DNA of 64,000 nucleotides from Trichoplax sp. H2 (lineage: Eukaryota): the NCBI GenBank assembly GCA_003344405.1, contig NOWV01000023.1, positions 682,001-746,000 of the forward strand, given 5' to 3'. The notes under the pieces are model-generated. The model was given only the letters and a program-made list of their open reading frames with translations, was not told where the DNA came from and made no database searches. Numbering within the stretch: the stretch's first letter is position 1; the number at the start of each line of letters is the position of its first letter. Made by a program: the position numbers and the translations under genes. Below, piece after piece: positions 25,901 to 39,700 of this stretch.

Positions 25901-28900
25901 TAACACGAGTAAGTGAGTATGTACCGGAAGTTATTGAATTTGTACAAGGAATTATCAAAAGAAATTATGGGTGAGTATCATGCGGGTATTTAACATTAGA
26001 CATAGGAAGAGATGTCCATGTGTAAGTAGCTTTAGCGAATATTTTATTTTAATTGTTTGCATAGGTATGTATCGAATGGATCTGTATACTTTGACACCGT
26101 AGCCTTCAATAATAGCCCGGATCATCGTTATGGAAAGTTATTACCTGAGGCTATTGGAGATTTAAATGCTTTAGCTGAAGGAGAAGGTATATTTGCTTTC
26201 ATTAAATTTGTCTTACAGATTAACTAACATTTCTGATTAATGTAGATAATAATAAGTCGAACAAGCTCGATAGTTTGATATGTGGTCTAAGCAATTTATC
26301 AAATTCGGATGCACATTTAATAGGTGAACTAAGCATCGGGGATGATCGGTTACGCGAAAAAAGGAGTCCGAATGATTTTGCTTTGTGGAAATGCTCTAAG
26401 CCCGGTGAACCTTTTTGGGACTCACCTTGGGGAAAGGTAGTCATTTTAGTAAAATAACTTAGAATCTTTCAATTTATGCCTACAAATTATTGAAAAACAT
26501 TACTCAATAAATATTTTAAAGGGGAGACCTGGATGGCACATTGAATGCTCCGTTATGGCAAGCGCAATATTAGGCAAGTCTCTGGATATTCATTCTGGTG
26601 GCGTAGACCTAAAGTTTCCTCATCATGAAAATGAAATAGCTCAAGTCGAGGTAAGGGCGATTTTATGAATTGCTTAGTAAGTTGGATGGCTATTCTTACT
26701 TGTTATGAATCAGATTATTAGCTATAGGGCATTATCACTTATCATGTTACTGAACTACTGCTAGTATAGAGTTTGCACATTACAATACTATAAGTGTAAA
26801 GCGTTCATATACATGATTATTTCGTACATTTACTGTTTATTTGCAAATGTAAATGCCACGGTATTAACAGCGAACGAAGCATCTATTTGCTGACAAAATC
26901 CTTTTAAACGCATATTGTGATGGTCATGAATAGGTTTAATATTTCTCTTTTAAACTATTCACATGCGTAGTTATTGATAAATATATCATTTGCTTGCAAA
27001 TTTAAATGCTACTGTATTACAGCTAATGAGGTATCTATTTGCTGACAACACACTTTTTTAAAGGCTTATTATGATAGCGATGAATGGACCAAATATTTCC
27101 TTCATTCCGGACATCTAAAAATAGAAGGCTGTAAAATGTCAAAATCCTTGAAGAATTTTATTACCATTAAGGCATGAACGTAATCGTGTTGCACTAATAA
27201 TTGTGATTGCTGTATAATTACGATTTATTGTAATTAATGCCGTTATTTTTGTAACTCTTAACTTCTGTGCTTAGGAAGCCCTAAGTAAATACTCAGCTCG
27301 TCAATTGCGATTGGCATTCTTGTCTCATCCTTGGAATACTACCATGGATTACAGTGAAAATATGATGTCTTCTACTATGCAAACAGAAAAACTATTTCTG
27401 GTAAAAATGTTTCTAGTATTGTTTACATCTTATGTAGATTTAAGTCAATATTTCGACTGGTTGGCGGTTACATTTTAGGATTATTTCCTCTAGGAATTCT
27501 TTTTAAATGTTAAAGATATTGACCGCGTTTATTCAGCTCAAACCCTTAAAGAAGAGAAATGGAACTCTGCTGAATTAGAACTTGAAAAAGGGTATACAGT
27601 AGTTGTTACTTCGAGAATGGTGTTTTTAAAGTTTTATTAAACAGCTATTATATTTCGAAACCCAAGTTTTTGATGTCTTAATAAAAGTAATGTTTTCTTT
27701 TGCTGTATAATTGTAATTTAATAGATTGTGCCAAAAACAGAATAACATCCATCGATTTCTGTGTGGTAAGTAAACAATCGTAATAATTTTAAGTTACCAT
27801 AAATTATGTTAAGTACAGTTTAATGGCTTCGGGATTTATCTCTATATTAATGTAGATATCTATGATTAAGATGCTGATAAATTAAAAAGTATTTATAATT
27901 TCTTTTGAGCAGATTCAATTAATACACCCGACGTTATGAAGGAATTGAAGGAGCTGATCAATCAATCTAATAGTTATATTGCCTCAAAACGTTCTCTAAA
28001 ACAATCGCCTAACGCCCGTCTTTTGAAGAAAATTTCAAGATACATCGTAAAAATGTTACGCGTAAGCGGTGTACATATTTTAAAATACTGCAATTACTAT
28101 CTAAATTAGAGTAATCATATGTACTGTATTTGCATTACTTTAAAAGATATTCGGTGTCACGGTGGATGAGATTGAAACGACAATCGGATTTCCTAGTTAT
28201 ACTGATAATAAAGTATGCAATTTATTCTTAGTAATTTACGAATTTATTGGTGTGATGGCCATAGTAAGTGTAATAACCGAGTTCAAATTTTGTTAGAATA
28301 TCAACAAAGAAAATACCATTATGCCATATTTGACTGTATTGGCTGAGTTCAGAGCAAAAGTTCGAGATAGTGCTCGCTTACAGAAAGGTATGTAATACTA
28401 TACAATTCGATGTACATTAAAGACTATTGGTCATGCAAATATCAATTCACCAAACATATTCTCACTTTATTCGTGGATGATATTATCATCTGTTATAGTT
28501 CCGGATCTTCTAAACCTCTGTGATGATATAAGAAATGACATTTTACCGGAATTGGGTGTGCGATTAGAAGATTTAGAAGGTCTCTTTTTTTATTCATTTG
28601 ACACCTGAATTTGCTTTTTAAGTTTATAAGTTATCAAATGGATCTCATTGTATAGATGGTCCCGCAATCAAGTTGGTAGATAGGGCAATTCTTTTAAAAG
28701 AGAAAGAAAATAGATTAATGGTTAATAAACGAACGTGAAATATTTGTGAATTTATCCTTGCAATTTCTCATACGTCTAATACGTATACAAGCAAACTTGT
28801 AATAAAAGAGGAAATCTTTATATAAATAATTTATAAATTAACTTATGTTAGGCAATTGAAGAAAAGAAACGTAAAAAAGAAGAAGCAAAGAGAAAACAAA

Positions 28901-29354
28901 TGGAACTGAAGGTACAGCATCATATCATTTTAATATTCTAATATGCCGTTGTTGAATGCATTATATCTGACAGTATTCAAATTTAAAATTATAGGCACAG
29001 CAAGAATCTAAAATGAAAATTTCGCCTAAAGAAATGTTTTTAAATCAGTCGGATAAATATTCCCAGTTTGACGAAAAGGTATCAAAAATTTTATCTACGA
29101 TCATAGGTGGCTTAATACATTACTGTAGTCGATAGTATCGTTGGGGCACGTTGCCTAAGCAAAGTAGACTAAAAATTTTACGGCGTTAGTTTTCGAGATG
29201 CCTGACGCTTTAGTATTTTTATTAGGGTATTCCAACTCATGATCACGAAGGAACTGAACTTAGTGGTAAACAGAAGAAGAAACTTCTCAAGCAGTATGAA
29301 GCACAAAAGAAATTATTTTTAGAATACCAAACTAAACAAGCTCCTTCAAATTAA
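22930..29354 (+). CDS. CARS1: Cysteinyl-tRNA synthetase, cytoplasmic type
   Basis: [22 protein letters not shown]...[18 protein letters not shown] (HIGH-like motif), [67 protein letters not shown], eukaryotic C-terminus YSQFDEKGIPTHD...QAPSN*. In-frame stop upstream of the ATG at 22930. Confidence 0.97.
23095..23460. repeat. Degenerate ~85-90-bp tandem repeat (about 4 copies) in CARS1 intron 1
   Basis: ctttacggtcacttat-like anchors at about 23118, 23207, 23298 and 23380, with recurring aatag..tagttgaaata segments. Confidence 0.7.
26841..26947 (+). pseudogene. Decayed duplicate (pseudo-exon) of a CARS1 intron end plus exon start
   Basis: Aligns with 26994-27103. The acceptor aaag|g has become aaac|g, and AYYDSDEW has become AYCDGHE* (TGG to TAG). 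Confidence 0.75.
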
Positions 29355-30775
29355 AAGCTACTAGTATAGAGCCAAACTTATTCGAAATCCTTGACAACAT
29401 TAAGAGGGATTTGCGCTACAGTTTTAAAATGACCTGTACATCAGTAATTGAGATGAGATATCTGATATTAGGATATGATTTTAATGACTCGTACCGCAAT
29501 AGTTGAATCCGATTTCATATTTTCGTGAAATGACAACATCGTTACTGAATCGTATTATGTTACGTAATAAATTTTTAAGAGAATTACTAATCTACTGGTG
29601 ATTTTATAATTTTTTCCTCATCATTAATTATTACCTATTCCCAATTACAATTTAGACGTTAGCTTTAGCTATCGCGCAGATAACTAGTAAAGCCAATATA
29701 TTAAAATCATGACATATACAAGGCAACTGCAATCGCTTTTACAATAAACGGTAAAAAATGATCGCTAACCTCACTTCATATACCATTAAATTTTCACCTT
29801 AATTGCAGGTGAATGTTTGCTTTGAAATACGATATTTTTACAAGCGGCAGCATAATGAGCTATGTTTCCGTTAATTGCAACGTAAATATACTGTACATTG
29901 TACAGAGTTTACGATTATGTAACAGTATTGAGCGTTGAATTCTGTCGTTAAGCATTAAGCAATGAGAATGTAAGTTAATTTTATCGCCCTTTTTGAAGTA
30001 GTTTTTCAACGAATTTCTAACGTTATTTGAAGTGAGTAGTTTGTAAGCTTGTAACCGAGTCTGCGATTTATAAAGCAATGTATTCGATAAGCGTAACAAA
30101 AACAAGGACACAATTCAAAGAAAGAACCATTTTTAATAAAAATTTCAATCGCACATTAGTAGTAATCTGGTATACAAATAATGTAATTTCTAAGAATCTG
30201 ATGTACTGTTATAAGAGATTAAAGCACAGAGTTTTATAGATAAACTTTATAGATATACGAGTATAATAGCAACATAGTGAATATACATATTATGTGACGA
30301 TTGGATATAAGAACGTTTATGATATCATCATTAGTATTTCGCTATTAGGTATTTAGCCGTGACTACCTTAAAAAAATATTCAGTGTTGACAATTTCAAAC
30401 GCGTATGATACCATACATTACGAGTAATAAAGGAGTTAAAATAAATACTTTTCGATGTAATACGAGTGTTGGTGATAAATGTTCAAGTGAGCAATTTCTG
30501 CACTTGCTGTCAATAGCAATCAACCATAGCCAGTTTTAAATGATAAGAGTATATTATGAGATTAGAATATGGACGTTAAAATATAACCTAATTACGTATG
30601 CTATACCATCATGAATGAGACGTATGAACATCCAACCTTCATTAAAACTCAAAGCCGTATGAATGAAAATATCTCATCTTCATCAGATGCTATAGGTATA
30701 CTTTCATACGTAGTAAATGCATCTGAGATCAATATTAGCAGCTTGACGGATGAGCTATTTGCTTAGTTAAATAAT

Positions 30776-33700
30776 TTAGTGGCGTTCGATTTGATTCGAT
30801 AATTCTTCTAGCATAGTCTCATTGTCAATAACTGTTAAATTTCTGTTAATTATGAGAGAAAAAATGAAATAAATAAAATATCCAGAATACGAATATGCAG
30901 AGTATTATTTGATATAATTGGTTATTAATCTATTCATATACTTGCTCTTAACTTACCTGATATATTTGTATTCTTTGATCGAATTCCTGCTGAGTAGATA
31001 CGGTAATTTTTCGATAGCTACAATTTTCGTAAGAAAATATTATTACGTTTGGAAATCTTGAGTGCCAGGCCATGTTGTTGCAGCATAAATGTATCAGCAT
31101 AAAGAAGTACGGGTTCATTAATTTTACTTACTATATGGATGATCTTGAGCTTTCCTGAATGGTTGCAATCTTGCAGAAATTAGTCTCTGCGAGTTAAATC
31201 GAATGATCTGTTAGCATGAAGTGAAGCTTCACCACCGTCATTATTACACTTAATATGACATCGTTTTAACACCTTTTAAAACTAAAATGCTTTAAAAAAT
31301 TTACTGATATATGATCTGAGTGCAAAATATAAATATTCCAATGTTCAATTTTTATGCATAGCAGCAACTTTTGCATATATTTATTGATTAACGTAATGAC
31401 TGCATTATTTATTATTTCATAGATTAGTTCTGTTCTAATTACAGCCATGAAAATAGACTAAAGATGGTATCTCAACTAGGATCTAAAGGCCATGTCAGCA
31501 CTGTTAATGTGCTTTCGCCGCCAAGAAATATCACAATCATTTATCTCATTAAAGGAAAGAATGCAGTATTTTGGCTATTCCGTTACTCTAATCGTGTCCA
31601 AGACTGACTAGCGTTTATTTCCAGGAAGTATGTGCCAGCACGTACAATAAGTAATTACATATAATCTACAAGAATTTCTTATAACGAGAAAAATTTGTTA
31701 TTGCAACATAAATAGTTACAATAATGAGTTACATTCCGATGGACTCGTTAATCTAGTAGCATTAAGTACGTGGCTAGTTTTTCGATTCGAACTTACCATT
31801 TTTTCAAAGTTAATCAACTTGCTTTCTGCTTTGTAGGTTTCATTATTTGTATCAATAGCCAATAGATCTATTCATAATGGAATAATATAGTTAGATAATA
31901 ATATAACGCTAATGTTTCAATACAATCGAAGGGATACTGCCGTAACTATAAATAGATACTTAAGTCAGTATATACGTGGCGACTTTTCAATTTCGAGCTC
32001 CAGTGGTAGTATGCACATATAATTAATCAGAGTTGCTATGTTACTAAGTATCCATAAGAAAGTGAATATTTTACCTCTAATTAAGAGCGGAGTATAAGGT
32101 ATGAAAGGTGGCTTCATCTCTCCTTGTTTAAAATCAAGACGAAATATAGATTATCATCTAATTTTAAGTATGCCCCTGCTTTCTGATAGAACAGATAAAT
32201 CTAGACAACTATATGGACATAGCAACATAGTCAGTGTCAACAATCCTAGACTGCAGTTGCTACATAATCCTGCTCACAAATCAAGTTGCTGTAATAGTTC
32301 TCGAGTTTATTGACTCGTACGCTCTCCAGCTATATAATCGAATATAATAACTGATTGACATACTTGCCATCGATCGATATGTTCTATAATTTCTTGAGGG
32401 GTCCTTAATATTGTAAAATTTAATACATATTAAAATGTGTAATTAAAAATCGAGATTACATCGAATATACACAAAATCAAATCTCTAAGTTCAAAGAAAG
32501 CTGTCAGATTTACCATAATACTCTGCAATTCCTTCATTTTTTTGTGTATTCTTATCTGAATTTTCTGTTCAAGGCCATTCATTTATAATTTAGGGAGTAG
32601 TACATAAAATAACAATAAGCTCCTATCTATATTAAGAGAGTTCTTAAAAGTCTATACTTCGACTGAGCAATTGGTAGTAGAGCAATCTATTAGAAATTAC
32701 CTCAAATGTTTGCGTTAATCGTGTTATCGGTGTTGTAAGCAAAGCACCGACAATCGCTGTACAAGAATGAAGGTTATTCAACTGCTTACACCTTAGAGAA
32801 TATATTTCGAACAGTTTTAATGTATTAAATAAAAGATATTTATTTTGTAATACTAAATGAGTCTAAAATAGCATATTTTTCATACTGTTCTGCGATCTTT
32901 ATGAATTTCTTAATAACTTGAGCTCTCTTATACAAGTTCTGTGTTAAGCAGATTTCGGTTATTACCCAATATTCGATCTATTTATTTGAATAATGAAGAA
33001 CGTATAGTCTAAAATACAAGACTGATGAAAAAACGAGATCTCCAAATTGCATATATGAACAGTCACGAAACAGTAACACATGCTACGATAAATCCACGTA
33101 AGCTTCTATGAGTCAAAATAATGGAAAATTTTAGCTAAATACGCACTACCTAAACTTACTTCGTTATATCTTCTGAGAAAATAATCCAAGTTGGTCGACA
33201 AGATATCTCTTCGATGATCACCATCGATATAACATAAAAATTCATGCTAATAGCCGGTTTATGTTTTATAACAAAGAGTAAAAACATTTTACAACAGAAT
33301 TTTTAACCTTTACTTTCTAAAATTAAGATATAATCAACCATAATCTAGGTTTTCTAAATTTTTTAATGCACTACGCAATCCAGAATAAAGTTACAGCCTA
33401 CACTAAAATATCTATTCGCTGCAATCATACCATAGTAATTTTGCTTAGTAATTCATAATCGTAGGCAGTCAAATGATGAGCAATAGCCGTAGAGTTTAAA
33501 TTTTCAAAGTAAATTTGTTTATCAGGTGTTGAAATTCCAGTTGGATTTTGCAGTGATAAAGGGGTCTAATGATATCAAATGTTTTAACTGTTAAACATAC
33601 TTTAAAAATTTTAGAATTAGGATTAACAATGCAATCAATAATTAAACTAGGAAATCTTACGCAAGTATCAACATGGCCTTTAACAGCTAAAAATAATTTG

Positions 33701-36700
33701 CTGTTGATTCCAATTTTACTAGCAATGGACTTTTCATCTTGCTCCAAGATTATGATTTCTGTTGAGTAGAATTTCAAAAGCATATGCGAACATTAAGTAA
33801 CGTTATTAGAATTTAAAATTTAGAATTCAATACAATTCCTACACATACTGCAAAATCTGTATTAAATGCTCTTATCTAAGCTTTAAACTACAACCTTAGT
33901 CATCCTGTGCACACTTAAAAGGGACGGTAACAATTCATTGAAATATGATAACGTCTTATGATGAGCTGTAGACTATGCATCTACAGTATTATATTGTTCT
34001 TAAACAAAGCTAACATTGGATTTATGATTAGATGGCACAGCCATTATCTTACCTTTATTAGATTTGACTTCACATAGGTAAACTTCATTTGTTGTCGATG
34101 AATCCTCCTTCATTCTTTTTTTTGCCTCAGCTATTATCTCTCTCACCGAAAACATAAAGGGAATCTGCTCTAAGGGAATTTTAGTATGATCACATTGATA
34201 GACATCTAGATTGACTATAAGTAATGGATAGAGAGAGAAAAGCTTGTTACCACGATACAGGGAAGATCAACACTAATGGTCCTGGTTAGGAGTTAATAAA
34301 TTATCTAACACAATTCAGAAACCACTACAGTACATAACATGAAAATAGTTTCCATTTTCCGTAATTAGTGAATTATTATCGTACTCTTGTCGCGTCCGGT
34401 CAGCGGTAATGGCGGATAAGGTACCTTATTTCGATACAGGCGATTTTCGCTCTCATACTAAAATTACATAAAATTTTCAACAATTACAGTCAAAAATTAC
34501 AAAAAAATGAATTATTATGTCTACTTTCACGTAGGCCAGAATTGAATGGCTTTCCTATAATACCATTCTTTAGCGCATCAATTCAGTAGAATAAACACAT
34601 AATCAAAGCTACATAAAAGTAAGTCTGCTCCAGTAGTTACCATAAATTCTAGCATAACTTCGACAATACGATCCTCACGATATCTATATCGAACATTAAA
34701 TAAATAATTTTAGACAGGTTCAATTAAGTTTTTCAGTAATCTTTAAATCGGCATCAAGTGACATTGAACCAAAATAACAAATTATACTAATTAACTGCTA
34801 TTCTATGATGAATTGTATAAGTCTTACAAAGATTCACGACATTGCGAAGCAAATTGAAGAGAAGTTGCTTCTTCAAAGGCGGCGTTGTCAACTAATTCTT
34901 CTCTTAATTCCTGAAACATAGGAGTAAAAATCTCACCAAATCAGTGCAAATAATTTAGACATTTTAATCCCTATACCAAAACGGAGGTTACATATTCTGA
35001 TTTAATTAAATTAGAAAATTTCAAGGTTGCACTTACATTTATAAATAATACAGTTTCTGGGTCGTCGTTGAAGTAATTAAAATCCAGTAGATAAAATTGG
35101 ATAATAGTATGGATGATCCTATAAGATCGTTTACAAAATATGTTGTAAGTTTATTGTAATTATTTCAGCAAATACAGAATATGGAATAAAAATTAATCGG
35201 GTAATAGTAGTATCAGTCTATCGCTCAAAATATCTTGGGCTATCACTAAAAAACAAAGAGACAAACTTGGCTTTAAATTCAATGCTATTTCCACCAGCCG
35301 TTTCCAAATTGGCTGCTTTCCTACGATAGCTGCCAATTAAATATTGTTAAAGGCCGTAATTAGTATAATAATTTGCTGTCTCTACTGAAATCTATCAACA
35401 ATTTATTCTTAAATATATTGTCATCGTAACATGAGACCAAAACCATTCCATAAAAATGAAGGCGACAAGATAATGGCCTGTATTCAATTTCGGCACTACT
35501 GCGGTATGCAGGTATAAAGTACAACAATACGAGTATTTTGCATTTTAATATTATAGGATACAGGGTCAACAACTTCTTATATAAGTCGGTCTTCGACATG
35601 AACAGCGGATAAGTAAAGTAAAAGTCAGGTATGAATTCACCTACACATAAAAATAATGAAAATTCCAGCAAAAAAGTTCAAATAAGACCCGAAGTAAAAT
35701 GTGAAAAATTTAAAGCTCTCGTGTTAGAATTTAGTCATATCCATTATCTGTTATATATTTCTTACCATCAACTTTTAATCTTGTTGTATCTGTACTTCGA
35801 GTTTCGATTAGGTAATCTAATATTTTGTGGGGAGCGCCTTCAATAACTGATGATCTATAAAAAGCAACTGCATTTATTTCGATATAACTAACAACGCAAA
35901 TATGGCACCTTACGATTTTCTAGTTCGAGATAAAACGCTGGGTACACGTAAAAATCTGAATAGCATTCGTAAAAAATTATTCTTACCCTTCACTTCCATG
36001 TTCGTTACGAGCAGTCCTTTCTAGGACTAAAACCTCTTTATCGTTTTCCTTTAATCGAATAATGTTCTTTTCGCAGTGCTATAAAAACATAAGATAATTT
36101 CATATAACATTTAATTTTTATCAAAAATTTTGTATATAAGCGTTTTAATAAAAAGTCAGGTAGCAAGCTATACTACATATATTACAAAGAATAAAGAAAA
36201 AGCATCTTTGTGGTAAAAAATATTAGCAATACCGTAACAAAGTTCTTCAAATAAGATTCATAAATCTATGAAAGTACTATCACATGAAATGTTTACTCAG
36301 AAAATTTATCATATTATTACTTCAAAGAAGAATCAAGGCACTTCGTAGTTGCTAGTACAGTAAAGTGATGATAACAAGTAATAATATTTTTAGACTGTAT
36401 TTCATTATCAATATTTACCTGCAGAATTAAGTTGAAATCATCCTTATCGACTTTTGCAAAACAACAGTTATCTTGGTTGGTAATAACAGTTGCAGCCCTA
36501 TCGATGACATACCGATATTAGTTTACTTATTGAAAAAGATAAATCCTACTACGTCTAACGTTTACACATATTAATTATATACTATACGAATCGTTTTTCA
36601 GCTGCTTTAATAGTTGCAATATAAAGTAATCCTATAAAATTATTAATCGTAATACTATCTCGCCTTGGTGCTCGATTAACCAGTGCTAATTTGCCAAAAT

Positions 36701-39700
36701 CGTCACCTTCGTTCAACGAGCAAACTACACCCTGAGAATAAGAATGAAACGGTATTAATGAAATTTCTATACGTAATACAGTAAAATAAAGTGAAATTTT
36801 TCCGGCATAAGCTTTAAAACTAAAAAGGACTTTGTAACATTAATTGTTACGATATTTGATCATCAAAAAAGTATGGCTTTATCTTAATTGTTATGGATAC
36901 AGGTCGTTCTCTTATAGCTTATCATTCAGGTTACAGAACAGTTCACGTACTTTACTTTTTATAAGAAGAAAATATAAATGATTCTGCTTACGAAAGAAAC
37001 AGTTGTAGCCTTAGCGTTATAGAATATTTGCGCTATGTAGCTGATACATAATGTTAGGTGTACAAGTAAAACGCTATCTCTTTTGGTGATTTAAGGGTGC
37101 ATGTTTACAATTTTATATATACGTATGTATTTAATAGCGTTATATACTCACTAGTAACTATAATCTTTAATTTAGATAAAGTAAAGTGATATTAGCCTCT
37201 GATGAAGTGGCTGTTGTTTTACGATTTGCACGAGTGATGTCAAGTGAGAACGTGTAAATAACATTAAGATTAAGGCATAAAGTAATAAAGTAAGTACGAA
37301 AATTTATCGTTTACGCATAAGAAACGGTCGATGCTGTGTCTGCAGTATAAGTCGAGTAAAAAGTATACAGTTATCAAGGAGTTTTAATCTCGATAAGCAG
37401 CTCAAGATTAAAATTAAATCAAAATACTGTAGATGCCTACGTGTATTTCGTCACAATGTTAAATATACTTAATGGTGACACACTACTACATATAAAATAT
37501 GAAAGAAATTAGAAAGAGTTGTCGCAATGGAACGTATCACAGCAATTAACAAATATCATACTAATACAGTATTAAAGAGGCACTTTAAATCAATTTCCTA
37601 ATAAGGAAAACGCTCTTAGTTTCTATAGTTTGCTAACGTATTGAAGCTGCAATAATTTTAGGGAAGAATTTAATAAAGTTGATTGTTATGTCGGTCGCAT
37701 GAAAACTTAATGAAATATTGGCTATACTTCATTACAATTCACTATTTAGTTTCGGGTTTACTCCTACGTAAACATCTATGATCTTTACCTTTCCAGTTAT
37801 AAAAACTTCTACGGATCCTTTTAAGATGATATACCAGGAATCTGCCACATCGCCTTGACGTATAACTAGAAATTCATTGTAATTTGAGTAATTTAAGAAT
37901 AACATGTCATGATATTGACACTATGGCAGTACAAAGCTCCTGTCCATGCGCTATACGCAATTTTAAAACGTATCCCTCTCTGTCACATACTCATACAACA
38001 GACAATCAAGTGTATTCAATTTAGCGATACTTTCAATCAAAATCAGATTGCTGCTGTTACTATTATATGGTATTACTGATCGGAAGCAGATATTTATCGA
38101 TTTGAAGCATTAAAGTAAATACACTATAACAACAGTAAAGATTGACAATAATTCTATAATTTCCATTTCATAAAAGAAATGTTGAAAAAGACTTGCTCTG
38201 CATTAACAGTTATATCAAGTTAATTATACAAGCATTCTTAAACTCTATTATATTAAAGCTCACGACGCTATCATATTAACCATACCGGTAGTTCCTGATT
38301 TTTTATAAGTTTCTAGAGTACAGATAGCTGCTAATCGCTTCTTCACCTATAAGAAATGACATTAAATTGCGATCCAGTTTTATGCGTTAATAGTTGTTAG
38401 TTTAAAAAACTTTACAATATCATAAGATATGAACACCTATAGATTGTATTATGATTCTAGTGATAATAAAATTTGAGGCTTTTAGTTATAGTTAACACAA
38501 AATAATATCACGTACACTGCCATAGTAAAGTTAACAGAAATCAGATTATACAAATTTGATACTTAACACTCACCATCGGCGACATTTGGGACACACCATC
38601 GATATTAGAAAGCTCTTTCAGTATAGCTTCTACATCTTGTTCCGTTCTGTCAGATGGTCTTAATTTTTAAGAAAATTAAAAATTAGTTTCATCAGTTTTA
38701 TTCAGTATTTGTGATAACTTAGGATGTAATCCGAAAATAAGATATAGATGCTACGTTAATTTATCAATATAATTTACTTTTTCGATAGTAGAAGCCGTAA
38801 GAAAGCATCTGGTCCAATCTGTGAGAGAACGTTGATTGCAATATTTAATTCTTCATTAGTTATAGATCCATCACTTCGGGCAATCCGAAAACGATAAAAT
38901 AACGCATCGCTGTCCTTAAATTGATGTTTCATACGTACTAGATCACATGAGAAGGGTGAAGATATTGCATTATTAACGATTTAGTTCTACTATATCACTT
39001 ACATCTAATCTTCTATTATTCAATGAATACCAAGCTCACTAGTGGCTAATACTATTGTTATTGTGATACATTATACATCTTAGCATACCATGCAAACACA
39101 AGCAGTACAAAAGATAACATATACAGTATAGTATATACACAAGGAGTATATATTAGAATTGATACAGCCAAAATTGAGTATACCTTCAATAATAAAGTTC
39201 TACTACGGTTAATCTTAAAATAATCCTTCAACTGCAGATTAAACTAGGTTGTAAAGTTGTAACTATGGTTCAATCAACTTTTTCATTGAGATGTCAAATT
39301 GATGATGTTAGATACAGTTAAGTTAAAGTGAATACTGCTATTAATGATGTATTAATGACGTCAACGTACCAACCAAAAGACTAATTGTTACTTCAATTTT
39401 CAACACACATAAACCTCGTCCCAGCATTATTGTTTATAAAATAATGTATTACGTCTATGGATTATATACTAAGTTTATTTTATTATTATGTTAAATGCGG
39501 GTTTAGATCAAGTCTCATAATAATGATACTGGTTAATCAACTGGCTAGTAAGTAAAGATGTAACAAATGTACGGTTATTGAATTATAATTACCAAATAAC
39601 TGACTTACTGTGTGTATTTCCTCACCTAAACGCACACAGAATAATTACTATTTAAGACTACGGAATAAGCAGTTACAGCAAGTCAGAGAACCAATTAAAC

